Origin: Camelus ferus
Taxonomy: Eukaryota
Direction: 5' to 3'
NCBI RefSeq assembly: GCF_009834535.1
Contig: NC_045732.1
Coordinates: 14,322,001 to 14,386,000 of the forward strand
DNA: 64,000 nucleotides
Positions 53,003 to 64,000 of the stretch are shown in pieces (the first letter of the stretch is position 1; the number at the start of each line of letters is the position of its first letter). Both the position numbers and the translations under genes were made by a program. Below the pieces are notes generated by a model. It made no database searches. It was not told where the DNA came from and saw nothing but the letters and a program-made list of their open reading frames with translations.

Positions 53003-53160
53003 CGGTTTCTCAACCTGAGCACAACTGAGATTTGGGACCAGATGGCTACGTGGTGGGGGCCCATCCTGCCTCTTGTAGGATGGAGCGGCATCCTTGGCTT
53101 CTGTCTGTCCACATATGCACGTAACACACATGCACAACACACCTTTTCCCTGCAACCTGC
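53003..53160 (-). mobile_element. MER20 fragment
   Basis: gtttctcaacctgagcacaactgagatttgggaccagat...gtaggatggagcggcatccttggc. Confidence 0.65.
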
Positions 53161-56100
53161 GCTATATTTGATACCATTTTCAAAGAAGAAACAAGTTACA
53201 GAAATTCTAAGGAAAAAGAAAAAAGTCTAGCTTAGTATCCATTTACAACTTCCCCAATGGCAAATACAGACCAAGACTTTCAAAGCATATAGAACCTTAC
53301 AATCTATAAATGAAGCCCCAGAGCGAAATCCCATGTCTTCACCTCCAGATGAGAAGGACTACATACGAAGGCTGAGATTTAATTGGAACCTTGAACAAAC
53401 TATTATAAAATTATAATGGGATGATCCATTGAAAGAGGTATTATACAAATCAAGTCCTCAGGCCAAGCGAGGGCCAGAGTCACAACGGTGATACAGTGAT
53501 CTGGAACTTCACCTTCAGCTCACTTGAGGTGGGACTCTGCTAAAACTGAAGGGCAAGGAAAGGTCACATTTTCTGGGTTTGTATATTGTTATAGGTGTAA
53601 CCAGAGAAGAGAAACAAGAGCTCCAACATCATATGTTGGAACAGAAGAAAACGAACGACTGCAGTGTAATTCCCTGAAAACTCTGGAATGTGTTATATTA
53701 AATTCTCTTCGGTGTTACGTGGTTCACAAATCAAACCTTTAATCCAAGTTTGAAGGTCTGAGGGGCTTCTTAAAATTCAACTAAAATGATGTAAAAAGGT
53801 CCACATTATGATCTGCTCCGTTGAGAGGCTTATGCATTTGGCAGGAAGACTTTTCTCTTTTCATCTTAAAATAGAGTTCAGGAAATGCTGGTTTAATTTT
53901 CTTTTTGCTTCAATATTTTATGAGTACTTCCCAAAGCACAGTCTCTGAAAGCATTAGATTCCTAACTTGCCTAACTTGAAGCTCTTTCAAATGACGCGAA
54001 AGATTTTATTTGCATGAATTCCACATGCTGAAATTTTTGTTTTTTTCCCCTTTGTGTCTAGAAAAAAAAGTTGTAATGTATAAAAGTATATTCCAATTCT
54101 TTATATAAACACATGTATACTGAGAGCTAATGTGAGTAAAAAACATCCCTCAAAGTTGAGTGTTACTGCAAGAAATAATTATTCATAATCACTGCAGAAG
54201 TCCCCTCTTCAAATACTAATAGTATTTAGTTTTTTTTTTTTTTTACTAACAGAAGTAAAAAAAAAAAATTTCAAACAGGAGACACTTGAATCCTTACAGA
54301 TTCAAGAAAGTAAAGCAGACCTATTGTGTTATCAATGAAAGCATCCTCAAATTTCTCCGTGTTTGGTGTCTCTACATCATCACAAATCCAGTTCTGTACG
54401 AGATGCTAAAGCTTCAGGAAAATATACTTCGAGAACACATTTAGTTTTTCAGATCAAAGTCATTAACAAAAATACCCTTCCTGAGCTTTGCTCCTTTTAG
54501 CATGCTATCGCTTTCTTCAAAAATCAAGGTTTATATTGTCCTTAGGTTTTGAAATAACAAGAGATACCCATATGTCATCTATCCTATGATTTTCTTTTTT
54601 TACACTCACATAAGTGGCATGTTTCAGAACAAACTGGCTAGGCTAGCATGTTATTGGTTTAAATGCTCATAAGCACCTTTTGTGGATGGCTATAAATAAA
54701 TGCTTATAAGCATATTTTGTTGAGTGGCTATAAATGTGTTTTGGTGCACTGGGTGCTGTTTATATGCCTATATTTCTGTAATTACAAGATACAATCTACT
54801 ACATCATATGTTGTCAGGCCCTCTTGGTAACAGTATCAACGACCGCTACCCCACAGGCTTGATTAGACAAGTGTACAGGACTTGTGATTGAAGAGTTTCA
54901 TTTTCATCAAAAAAAGGGTTAGAGCATCAAAGTGTGTCTCCTCATAAACTTGGAGATGTTATGTAAATAGTAACAACTCCTCTGTGGCAGCAAGCAGGGA
55001 ATGAGAAGAACTCGAGTATCAGATTTAAATATCAAGTATGGGAGTGGTTGAATATCGAACACCATTGTGGTGTTTTAACAAGTGGTCATTAAAAGCAGTG
55101 TTAATGCAATTAAAGAAATACTTTTTGGTAAAGGAAAAAAAAAACGATCTGGCATGTTTACACTCTGGAAAACCAGAACACCTATTTCCAATCATCTTAA
55201 ATATTCTGTCTCTCCTCAACCAAAAGGGGGGGGGGTCCTCGTCACCTTGGTTTCTAAAATTTGATAACCATATCAATTTCTGAAGAATTTGTTCCAGCAG
55301 CACAATTCAAACATGCATTGCCTTTGCTATTATTGACCTTGGAGATGTGTTTTTGGCTACCTTCGAGCACGACATTAGAAAACCAGTCAGCAGCTGTCTT
55401 CCCTTGTCTGTATCACCTAAATCCTAGGGCTTAACTTCCTAAAGATGGATTTGCACTGATTGTCAATGGACACTTTTGAGTGAGGCATGCTGCCCAGGGG
55501 ATGCTTTTGTTTCCCAAGTGACATTTGGAAACAGGGATTCACTTTAGCATACCAAGTTCCCTCAGCATCCCAAGAAATAGGCAAACCAAATCAAGATGTG
55601 GTCCGTGCATCCCAGTGTCCCAAAATAAACTACATGGTCCCGGTAAACACAAGCACACATCAGCACGGAGGAGAAGTGATAGAAACCGTTTCTGAGAGGC
55701 GACGATGGGCTGAGTGGTAAAACTTTTGATCATGTGATTCACTTTATTTGCTCACCAACACAGTGTGTGTTTGTCCTGAGAGGAAGGCCTTCAATATATA
55801 TTTACTCAAAGCTCTTAATTTATACTTCCTCTCCTTTTAATTGGCGTCTTGTGATCTAAAATTAGCTGGTAAGCAGAGTATATGGAGTGTCTCACTATCA
55901 GAGCAAACTCTCTCGGCTGAGTTTGCAATAATTACACCCACCGTTGCCCGAAGTTGAACAGACATCTGGAGACCTGGCTTATTTCTTCCCTGGTGCCTTC
56001 TATCCATATTTAGAGAGTGATTTTTTAATTTGATGTAGAGTCCTATTAATTATCCTTCCCCGAGCTGGAGTTCGGTTAATAATTTCACGTGAAAAGTGAA

Positions 56101-56712
56101 GTTCAAACAGTCCTGCCTGTAACCTTACTGACTCAAAAGCCTCAAAAAGGAATTCTTTCGTGAAACCCGAGATGGTCGGAACACTCTCCTTCACCAATAA
56201 GCTGCAGATCGTTTACACAAGGAATACAAGGTCACATGTCCCCTAAAATCCCACATTTGCTTGCTACAGGCATTCCTCCCTCTATTCTTTTGTTTGTGCA
56301 GTAACTAGATACAGGTACAATGAGAGAGAAATTAGTTTTCCCTGATGAGCAAGGAAAATGCATGCCCCCCCAAATGCCCAAACTCAGATTTTATCTGTCA
56401 TTCCTTCCTGCAAGCTCTCGAGCGCGCTCTCTCATGCTCTCTCGCTCTCAACTGCAAGGAATGAAAATGATCCCGACTTTTCTGAATTCGCCCTCACCTT
56501 GACAACGCTAAAATTACAAGCAGCAGTCAACTTTTACAAGATACCCTTGTTGTGTAACCTTTATACGCTGCCAAAAAACATGCTACAACTAATCAGATAA
56601 CAAAGGGGGAAGAGAAAACCTTCACCTGCCCCGTAGCAAGCAGTGAATACACTTTTTATTTCCATGACATTTGCTGGCAGAAAGGGGTNNNNNNNNNNNN
56701 NNNNNNNNNNNN

Positions 56713-57372
<660 letters not shown>

Positions 57373-57428
57373 NNNNNNNNNNNNNNNNNNNNNNNNATCA
57401 GCAAAATCCAAGGAAGCTGACCAGCTAT
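57373..57428 (-). other. MID1: 5'-UTR part of the MID1 first coding exon
   Basis: Minus strand reads ...cttacgttctgtttccag|ATAGCTGGTCAGCTTCCTTGGATTTTGCTGAT, similar to the recalled human exon start. 57428 is exactly 56 nt upstream of the inferred ATG, as in human (c.-56). 57373-57396 is N. Confidence 0.85.
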
Positions 57429-57456
57429 CTGGAAACAGAACGTAAGATGTGATTAG
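57429..57456 (-). promoter_or_regulatory. 3' splice site and probable branch point of the intron preceding the first coding exon
   Basis: Minus strand CTAAT (57456-57452) followed by pyrimidine-rich cttacgttctgtttcc and AG at 57430-57429. Confidence 0.75.
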
Positions 57457-59629
57457 GCGCGAGGGGGTTGGCCATGGTGGGGGCTGTCAGCTTTGAATGC
57501 ATCTCAGAGTAATTTCCAACCCAGGTCATGGAAGGCTAAATGTGTGTACATTCCAAATAATCCTCTTTCTATTCCCCAGGGAAATGGGGGGGGGGCACCC
57601 TAAGCCAGCAGACCAGATAACGTTTCCTCAAAGTTCCTGTCGCTGACAGCAGCTTTTTTGGGGGGGGGGTGATTCTGTTCTTTACAGGATCTTACGCCAA
57701 ACTGGCAAGTTCTTGAAACTGTAATTTCCATATCTAATCACAATAATCTTATTGTGTCATGGCCAAGTTTTCCTTGCGTTGAAAATGTAGAAACAGTCAT
57801 TAATGAACTACAGTCTTTCATAACTTTGCGCTTATGGATTTATGTTAAGTATATGTGTCTTAAGGACTTCCACGCTGCCATTCCAAACCATGCTTCAGGG
57901 AAATAGAAAGGGGCATGAAATGTGTATGAAATCAAATGGATGATTTCAGTGGAAATGATAATGCTTAAACATGGGATGTTAGTTTCCAAAATATATTCCT
58001 GAGAAAAAAACACTGACTTTCACAAAGACGGTTGTGAATGGAGGCAATGTTTCTGGCAAGTGTCTGTAACTCTTCTGAATAATTCTATTGTTTAACCCAG
58101 GGGTGGGATGTGGGTGGGCAGAGAGGAGCAGAGAAAAATCTCTGGAGGCCTTTTTAGTGGCTGCAGTGAGCTTGGGTACCAATGCCTAATAGCGATTTAG
58201 TTAATTAGAACAAGGATTTTCATGGCTACACTATTCATTTGCAAAGTTACAATGGTTATGGGCTGAGTATAGAAAGCAGTTGAAGGCAGTCACTCCCCTC
58301 TGAGGAGGCTTACCAGGGCTGCCGATGGACCCTGCACAGCCCTCCAGGCTTCAAAATTCCCATCAAGGGCTTGTCACTGTAGCCAGCGACAGGCCGGACT
58401 AGCAGGAGGTCCAGCCTCACCCTCAGAGCCACGTTGGCCCGGGCACGACCTCCACCAGCTCCGATGCTCCCCTCCAGGCTGCCTTCGGGTGGCCCAGCTG
58501 CACGCTCCCCTCGTCCGGGAAGACTTGCTGCTTTTGTGAACTCTCCCCTGCCTCCCCTTCAGAAAGGGTAGGGCAAAGAATCACACATAAACCCCAGCTC
58601 ATTAAGGGGGAAGAGGCCTCCTGCTCATTAGCAGGCCTGGGAACCAAGCTTCTTTGAACCTTCTCCCTTTCAAGGCCATTAGCGGAGGTCGGCGCAACAC
58701 TGACGGGCATATTAGCTGCAGCCCACTGCGGGCTGTGGGAGAATCATGCAGTTCACCCAGTGGATGCAAGGTTCAAATCACCCCTCCGGGGGGTTTTCTC
58801 AGCCGGATTCATGGGAAGGCTTCACATCCAAAGCTCTGTTTAGTGATTCTGACAATCAGCCTTTTTGTATTCACACCTCCATTTATTTACAAAATTCGCC
58901 ATTTCCAGAATAGCCTGACCCCCTCTGAAGGAGTATCCCTCCTAAATACCATGTGTTGCTTTGGTTAAACTAATGCTCATCGTGCTCATCAACGGAACAG
59001 TAACTGATCATTAAAAGTGGAGAGTATGCGCCGAGCTTGTTAAAAATTAAAGAGCTGCTGGCTTCACAGAAGCCTGGCATCTTAAAACCCTCTTCAGCTA
59101 TCCGCTGATATTAACTACATAAGAAAGGGTAAATGGGCAGCTGAGATTTGAAATATGAAAGACCAGTTCATCCTTCTACAACCTGCAATGGAAACACCGG
59201 GGCTGCTGTGGTGAGAAACTTATCATCCCCACTTGGTCCGGGCCAACTCTTCCTATAGATGGTTTGGAAGAATCGGAAAGGTTTTACCTATTCAACAATC
59301 TCTAGGTTCATCATGGAAAAACAGAATTCTCTCTACATCAAATTTCTTCTCACTTCCTATCAGAAGCATGTAAAGTCAAGGGAAAATGTAGCCCCTTTGG
59401 TCGGCTTTGTTCCCAGGTGAAACGAAAACACGTACTGATGGTTCTCAACAGACGGCTAAGCGTCTCCTATGTCTGGAGAGCTCTGATGATTGTATTTTTA
59501 GGCAGTCGCCAGGACTCCATCCCATAGTGGCACCATCAGTATTTCTAGAGGCAATTCCATGGCCGACCCCAATGGAAACACTGACATTTTATTCAAGAGA
59601 CGTTTACTGAATGCCAGGCACTAAACCGG

Positions 59630-60345
59630 CTGGAGAAGCCAGAATCTGGCATCCTCATCACATCCCACCTCTATGATCACGGGCCAAGCCAACATCCTCT
59701 CCTACCTAGATGATCACAGTACTTTTTTAAATGGTCTCCTGGCTCCTGCTCACTCCTGCCCCTCCCCCTACAGTCTATCCTCTACTCAGAAGCCACAGAG
59801 CCTGTTAAAGCAAGACAGAGCCTGCCTCTCCTCTGTTCTACCCTCCAGGGGTTTCCCATCTCACTCAGGGAGAAGTTCCCCAGAATCAAACCCGCCCCAG
59901 AGAACACAGATTCCGACAGTGACCTCATTTCCTCCCGCGCTAGCCCTTGTTCTGCTCTGGGTACATGGCTGCCTTGTGATTCCTCAAACACGCCAAGCAC
60001 GTCCCATTTCCCCTTCGCAAGGTCTTTGGAATCCATGTGACTCTCTGCTCCAGTGTCACCTTCTTTGTGAACCCACATCAAACCAGTTCACCTCCTCCCA
60101 CCATGACCACCCACCCACCCATCATGGCAAGCTTCCTTCCCCACCTAGTTTGTTTCCTTCCATAACATTCATCACCGACATAATCTATTAGATGGTTCAC
60201 TGCTCCCTATCTCCTCACGACCCCATAACTAGAACATCAGCTCTAGGAGAGCAGAGACCTTGCTTTGCTTCTTGAGGGATGTCCTGCCAGCACCTGGAAC
60301 AGTGTCCTGCACACAGTAAGACTCAAACATTCACTGAGCTAATAC
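59630..60345 (+). mobile_element. L2 LINE 3' region
   Basis: Long degenerate L2 ending ...ctagaacatcagctctaggagagcagagacc...gcacctggaacagtgtcctgcacacagtaagactcaaaca. Confidence 0.7.
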
Positions 60346-60423
60346 AAGCACTGATGTTAGGGTTGAAATCCAAAAGAATACAACATAACCGTTTTCTTTA
60401 AGGAGCTCTCAAGATACTAGAAC

Positions 60424-60640
60424 AGAGGTCAGCCAACTTTTTCTATAAAGGCCAAGAGAAAAAAATATTTTCAGCATTGCAGGCCAGTCTCTGCTGCAAC
60501 TACTCAACTCAGCCCCTGGAGCAGCAAAAGCAGTCCCATGCAATCCATACATGAATGACTGCTGCTGTCCCATGGAATCACGTTTACAAAAGCAGGTAGC
60601 ATGCTGGATCTGGCCTGCGGATCTTATTCTGCTGATCCAC
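60424..60640 (+). mobile_element. MER58A
   Basis: cagaggtcagccaactttttctataaaggcca...gcaactactcaactc...ggatctggcctgcgg. Confidence 0.75.
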
Positions 60641-62529
60641 GTTTTAGAAGACAGAGACAGGTACAGCCAGCCAAAACAGAAATGAAAATCACTCTCAGAG
60701 AGGTATGAATAAAATGCTGTGTGGGCAATGACGGCCATGCTGGTGGAGTAAGACTTCAACACGCTCGTACATGTTTCGAGCGCTAACGGGAAATGCTATG
60801 CCACGGGGTTTCACCCCGACATCAGTGGACATCATGTGAGTCAAGTGCTCAGGGGCAATTCATGCAAGACTGATTTAATAGCAGCTGCTCAGAACTGGAC
60901 CTGTTTTCTTTTATTGCCACAGCGCTTGGCGTGGTGTTTTATGCAAATGTCCAGGCTGTAACTGTTGGTTAATTGTATTAAGTGATGACAAAATATTTAG
61001 GTGCAAAGTGAGGTTCAGCCAATTTTCTGAATGTTTTGTCTGAATGCTGCCAGAAAGGAAGGGGTGTTGATTTGATACCTACAGTGGATCTCACTGTTAA
61101 TATTTTTATCCAGATTTTGTCATTGTCTCAATATTTTTGTTAAACTCTTCAACAATATGTTACTAGTAAACAACCATGCCATCCCCTCATCTTAAAAATT
61201 AGCATGGTTTATTTTCTAGCTTTCTTCAAAATACCTTTTTTGAGAAACAAAAATATCATTCACTCTTTCACCAAATATTTAAGTCCCTCTAGGTGCTGGG
61301 TCCTGGGAGAAGACCTGGTAACACCTAGCCTGTCCTTCTGTGATCTTACAGTCTATTAGAGGAGAGAAAATACAAATTGCCATCCAACATAACAAAAGAC
61401 ACACACCAAAGAGCGGGTGAGAAGAGGATGGGGAAGCTTCCTAAAGGAGGCAATATGCCAGGTGGGTTTTAGAAAATCAATAGGGGGTTCACCAAGCACA
61501 CAGAGGTATGGGGCGTGGGAGTGGGGGCAGATTTTGTGTAAAATGTTCTCTTTTTCTGTTCAGAACTCCTGGAATCTAATTCCCAGTCCTCCAATTAAAA
61601 GGGGGAGGGAGAGAGATTCTTAGCCCTCACTACAATGGAAGGAAGTCACACTTGCATATCATTGTCAGGAAATTCTATAGTTCAACATTTTTCTGAATGG
61701 GCCGATTGGTTCTCATTCAGAGGAGGATGTTGGTAATCATGGGAACCCTCGCAACAAACTGGGGATGGGAACAATTCACAGCTCACACCTCCACTGTTTC
61801 TAGTCCAGAACAGGGCACAGCCGTGAAAGGAGAGTTGGGTGGGCAGCCAGATAATCTAGGATGATCAGCAGCTCTGCTATTTATCAGCCGTGTGTCCCTG
61901 GGTGATGTCCACAGAGGTTCCCTCCAGTTCCCTCCAATCACATCCCTCAGCGGGAGAGCCTCTGGTTATAGGTTACAGTTAAGCCCTGGATGCTGGGAAG
62001 CACAGGGTACAAGACATCTTTTCGAGAAACTTCTTACAGACTCAAGACTTCTGAGGAAAGCACTTCACTTTCAAACGGAAAATCATACATGGCTATTTCT
62101 TTTATGCATCTCTTCCTTCTGTACCCCCCTCTCTCATTCTGTGTAGCACTGAGATTGGGCTTTTCTGGTTTCCTCTCTAACCACTGCTGACTTCCCCTCC
62201 AGCTAATCAAAGCCTGGGTGTTTTCTAAAGGGCCGGCCAGCCAGCCTTCCATCCAAAAGCCATCCAGGTTGCTCGTTCATTCATGCCCTGTCTCTCTGAG
62301 AATGACTCCTAGGCTCATATCTCGCGGGGCCATCTCTTTTCAGAATCCCAGTCCAGCAATGACAGTACTTTGCTTTGTTTACTGTAAGTGCCTCGACTCG
62401 GAGTGCACATCTCATGGGACTCATCAGCTCCCCTCCCAAACCCAAATGCCCTCCAAACCTCCTGGGTGCTTCCATTTGTCCTGATCAGCACAAGTCACAG
62501 ACTCATCTTATCTTTCACTCCTCCCTCTC

Positions 62530-63017
62530 TGGGGAAGGGGGCAGAATAATGGTCCCTACAGATGTCCCCATCCCAATTCCTGGAACCTGTGAATATTCTA
62601 CATTACAAGGCAAAGGGGAGTTCTGGTTGCAGGTGAAATTAAGGTTGCTAAGCAGCTGACCTTGAGACAAGGAGATCAGTCTGGATTATCCAGGGGAACT
62701 CCATGTAATCACAAGCATCTTTAAATATTGAAATGGATGCAAAAGAGTAGTGGCAGATGATGCCATGTGAAACAGACCTGACAGCCATTGCTAGCTTTGG
62801 AGATGGAAGGAGGCCACAAGCCAAGGGATGTGGGTAGCCTGTAGCAGCTGGAAAAGGTAAAGAAACAGATTATCCCTTAGAGCCTCCAGATGGAATGCAG
62901 CCCTGCAGATACCTTAATTACAGCTCAGTGAGACCTGTGGCAGACTTAGGACCTCCAGGGCTGTTTAACGCCATCAAGTTTGTGGTCATTTGTTACAGCA
63001 TCAATAGAAAACTATAT
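62530..63017 (+). mobile_element. MaLR solo LTR (MLT1D-like)
   Basis: ggcagaataatggtccc...aattaaggttgctaagcagctgacctt...gctggaaaaggtaaagaaacagattatcccttagagcctccag...tttgttacagca. Confidence 0.8.
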
Positions 63018-63875
63018 GCTCTCCTTCCCCCAAATCTAAATCATGAGCCAAGACATGTAAATATCAAACCTAGCAGTTCTATGACTGGTTTCTCTGTTCT
63101 CTCTGCCTCCATATTTTCCAGATCTTCTTTACTGCATTCCTAGACTGTTACCCACAGCAAACAAACCAAAACCAAAAACCGAAAAACCCCACACAAAACC
63201 AAGAACACCCGCAATATGATTTCTTACCTCCAACCTTTCATCCTTCAGTTTCATCTTTGCAACACATATCGGGAACCACAACTTCTTCCCATCCCTTTTC
63301 TTAAAAGGCGCAAAACATCGAGCAGCTCCCTACGGCCCAAAGTACGAGTCATGCCATCTTCACTCCTTTTTCAAAGCCTTGTCCAACTTTCTCCCTAACT
63401 GCTTCTTCAACCTTATTTCCCATCACTCACCTCCTGCACTGGAGACCCAGTACATGGGACCATTTTCTGCTCTTCGTCTGCCTCTGCTTTTTGTCCTAAT
63501 ACACATCATTTTTCCCCTCATGAAATTTTTGTTTGTTTGTTTCATGTTCATTTTCTTGTTTTTGTTTTGTTTTGTTTTCTTTAAAGATTAGAGCAGAACC
63601 TCCTAGAAGCCCAAAGCACTCTAGCCACTACTGTATTTGGTGATTTCATATTAAACAGAACTGTTTTAAATGTCCATTTACAATGGCCNNNNNNNNNNNN
63701 NNNNNNNNNNNNNNNNNNNNNNNNNNNNNNNNNNNNNNNNNNNNNNNNNNNNNNNNNNNNNNNNNNNNNNNNNNNNNNNNNNNNNNNNNNNNNNNNNNNN
63801 NNNNNNNNNNNNNNNNNNNNNNNNNNNNNNNNNNNNNNNNNNNNNNNNNNNNNNNNNNNNNNNNNNNNNNNNNNN

Positions 63876-64000
63876 GTGAAGTAACTCAGCCAGAGTTGGA
63901 CAAACATCCTAGATATCCCTTATATGTGGAATATAAAAAAAAAGATACAAATGAACTTATTTATAAAATAGAAACAGACTCACAGACATAGAAAACAAAC
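63876..64000 (+). mobile_element. L1 3' fragment, cut by the N run 63689-63875 and the window end
   Basis: gtgaagtaactcagccagag...tatatgtggaatataaaaaaaagatacaaatgaacttatttataaaatagaaacagactcacagac. Confidence 0.8.

Noticed and set aside
56656-56712. Read-through of the first coding exon into the intron (TPFCQQMSWK*)
   Set aside because: The frame depends on bases hidden in the N run, so it cannot be evaluated.
57373-57411. ORF-track start MDFAD (TTG at 57411) as an N-terminal extension of MID1
   Set aside because: It is a TTG in the 5'-UTR, joined to the CDS only through untranslatable Ns; there is no evidence of use.

Overview
Mammalian genomic DNA, almost certainly a camelid: it contains three copies of a tRNA-Ala-derived SINE matching the Camelidae-specific Vic-1 family. 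The window lies inside the X-linked MID1 (TRIM18, midline-1) gene, which runs on the minus strand. It contains the 3' end of the 5'-UTR intron, the first coding exon (RING and B-box region, partly hidden by two N runs), a ~37 kb intron, the 96-bp coiled-coil exon at 19370-19465, and 19 kb of the next intron. I did not find the following exon, so it probably lies left of the window. The rest is ordinary intron with L1 3' fragments, SINEs, L2/MIR, MaLR LTRs and hAT/MER relics. Repeat names are from my recall of consensus sequences, and their edges are approximate unless a TSD is given. I see no new gene or multi-gene system. The most unusual structures are (1) a 97/98-bp near-perfect inverted duplication around a 671-bp spacer at 34322-35187 and (2) a ~300-bp dispersed duplication (14491 / 16971) whose first 228 bp are 99.6% identical while its tail is only 89% identical, suggesting gene conversion or assembly collapse. 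There are also several unverified candidate poison exons.
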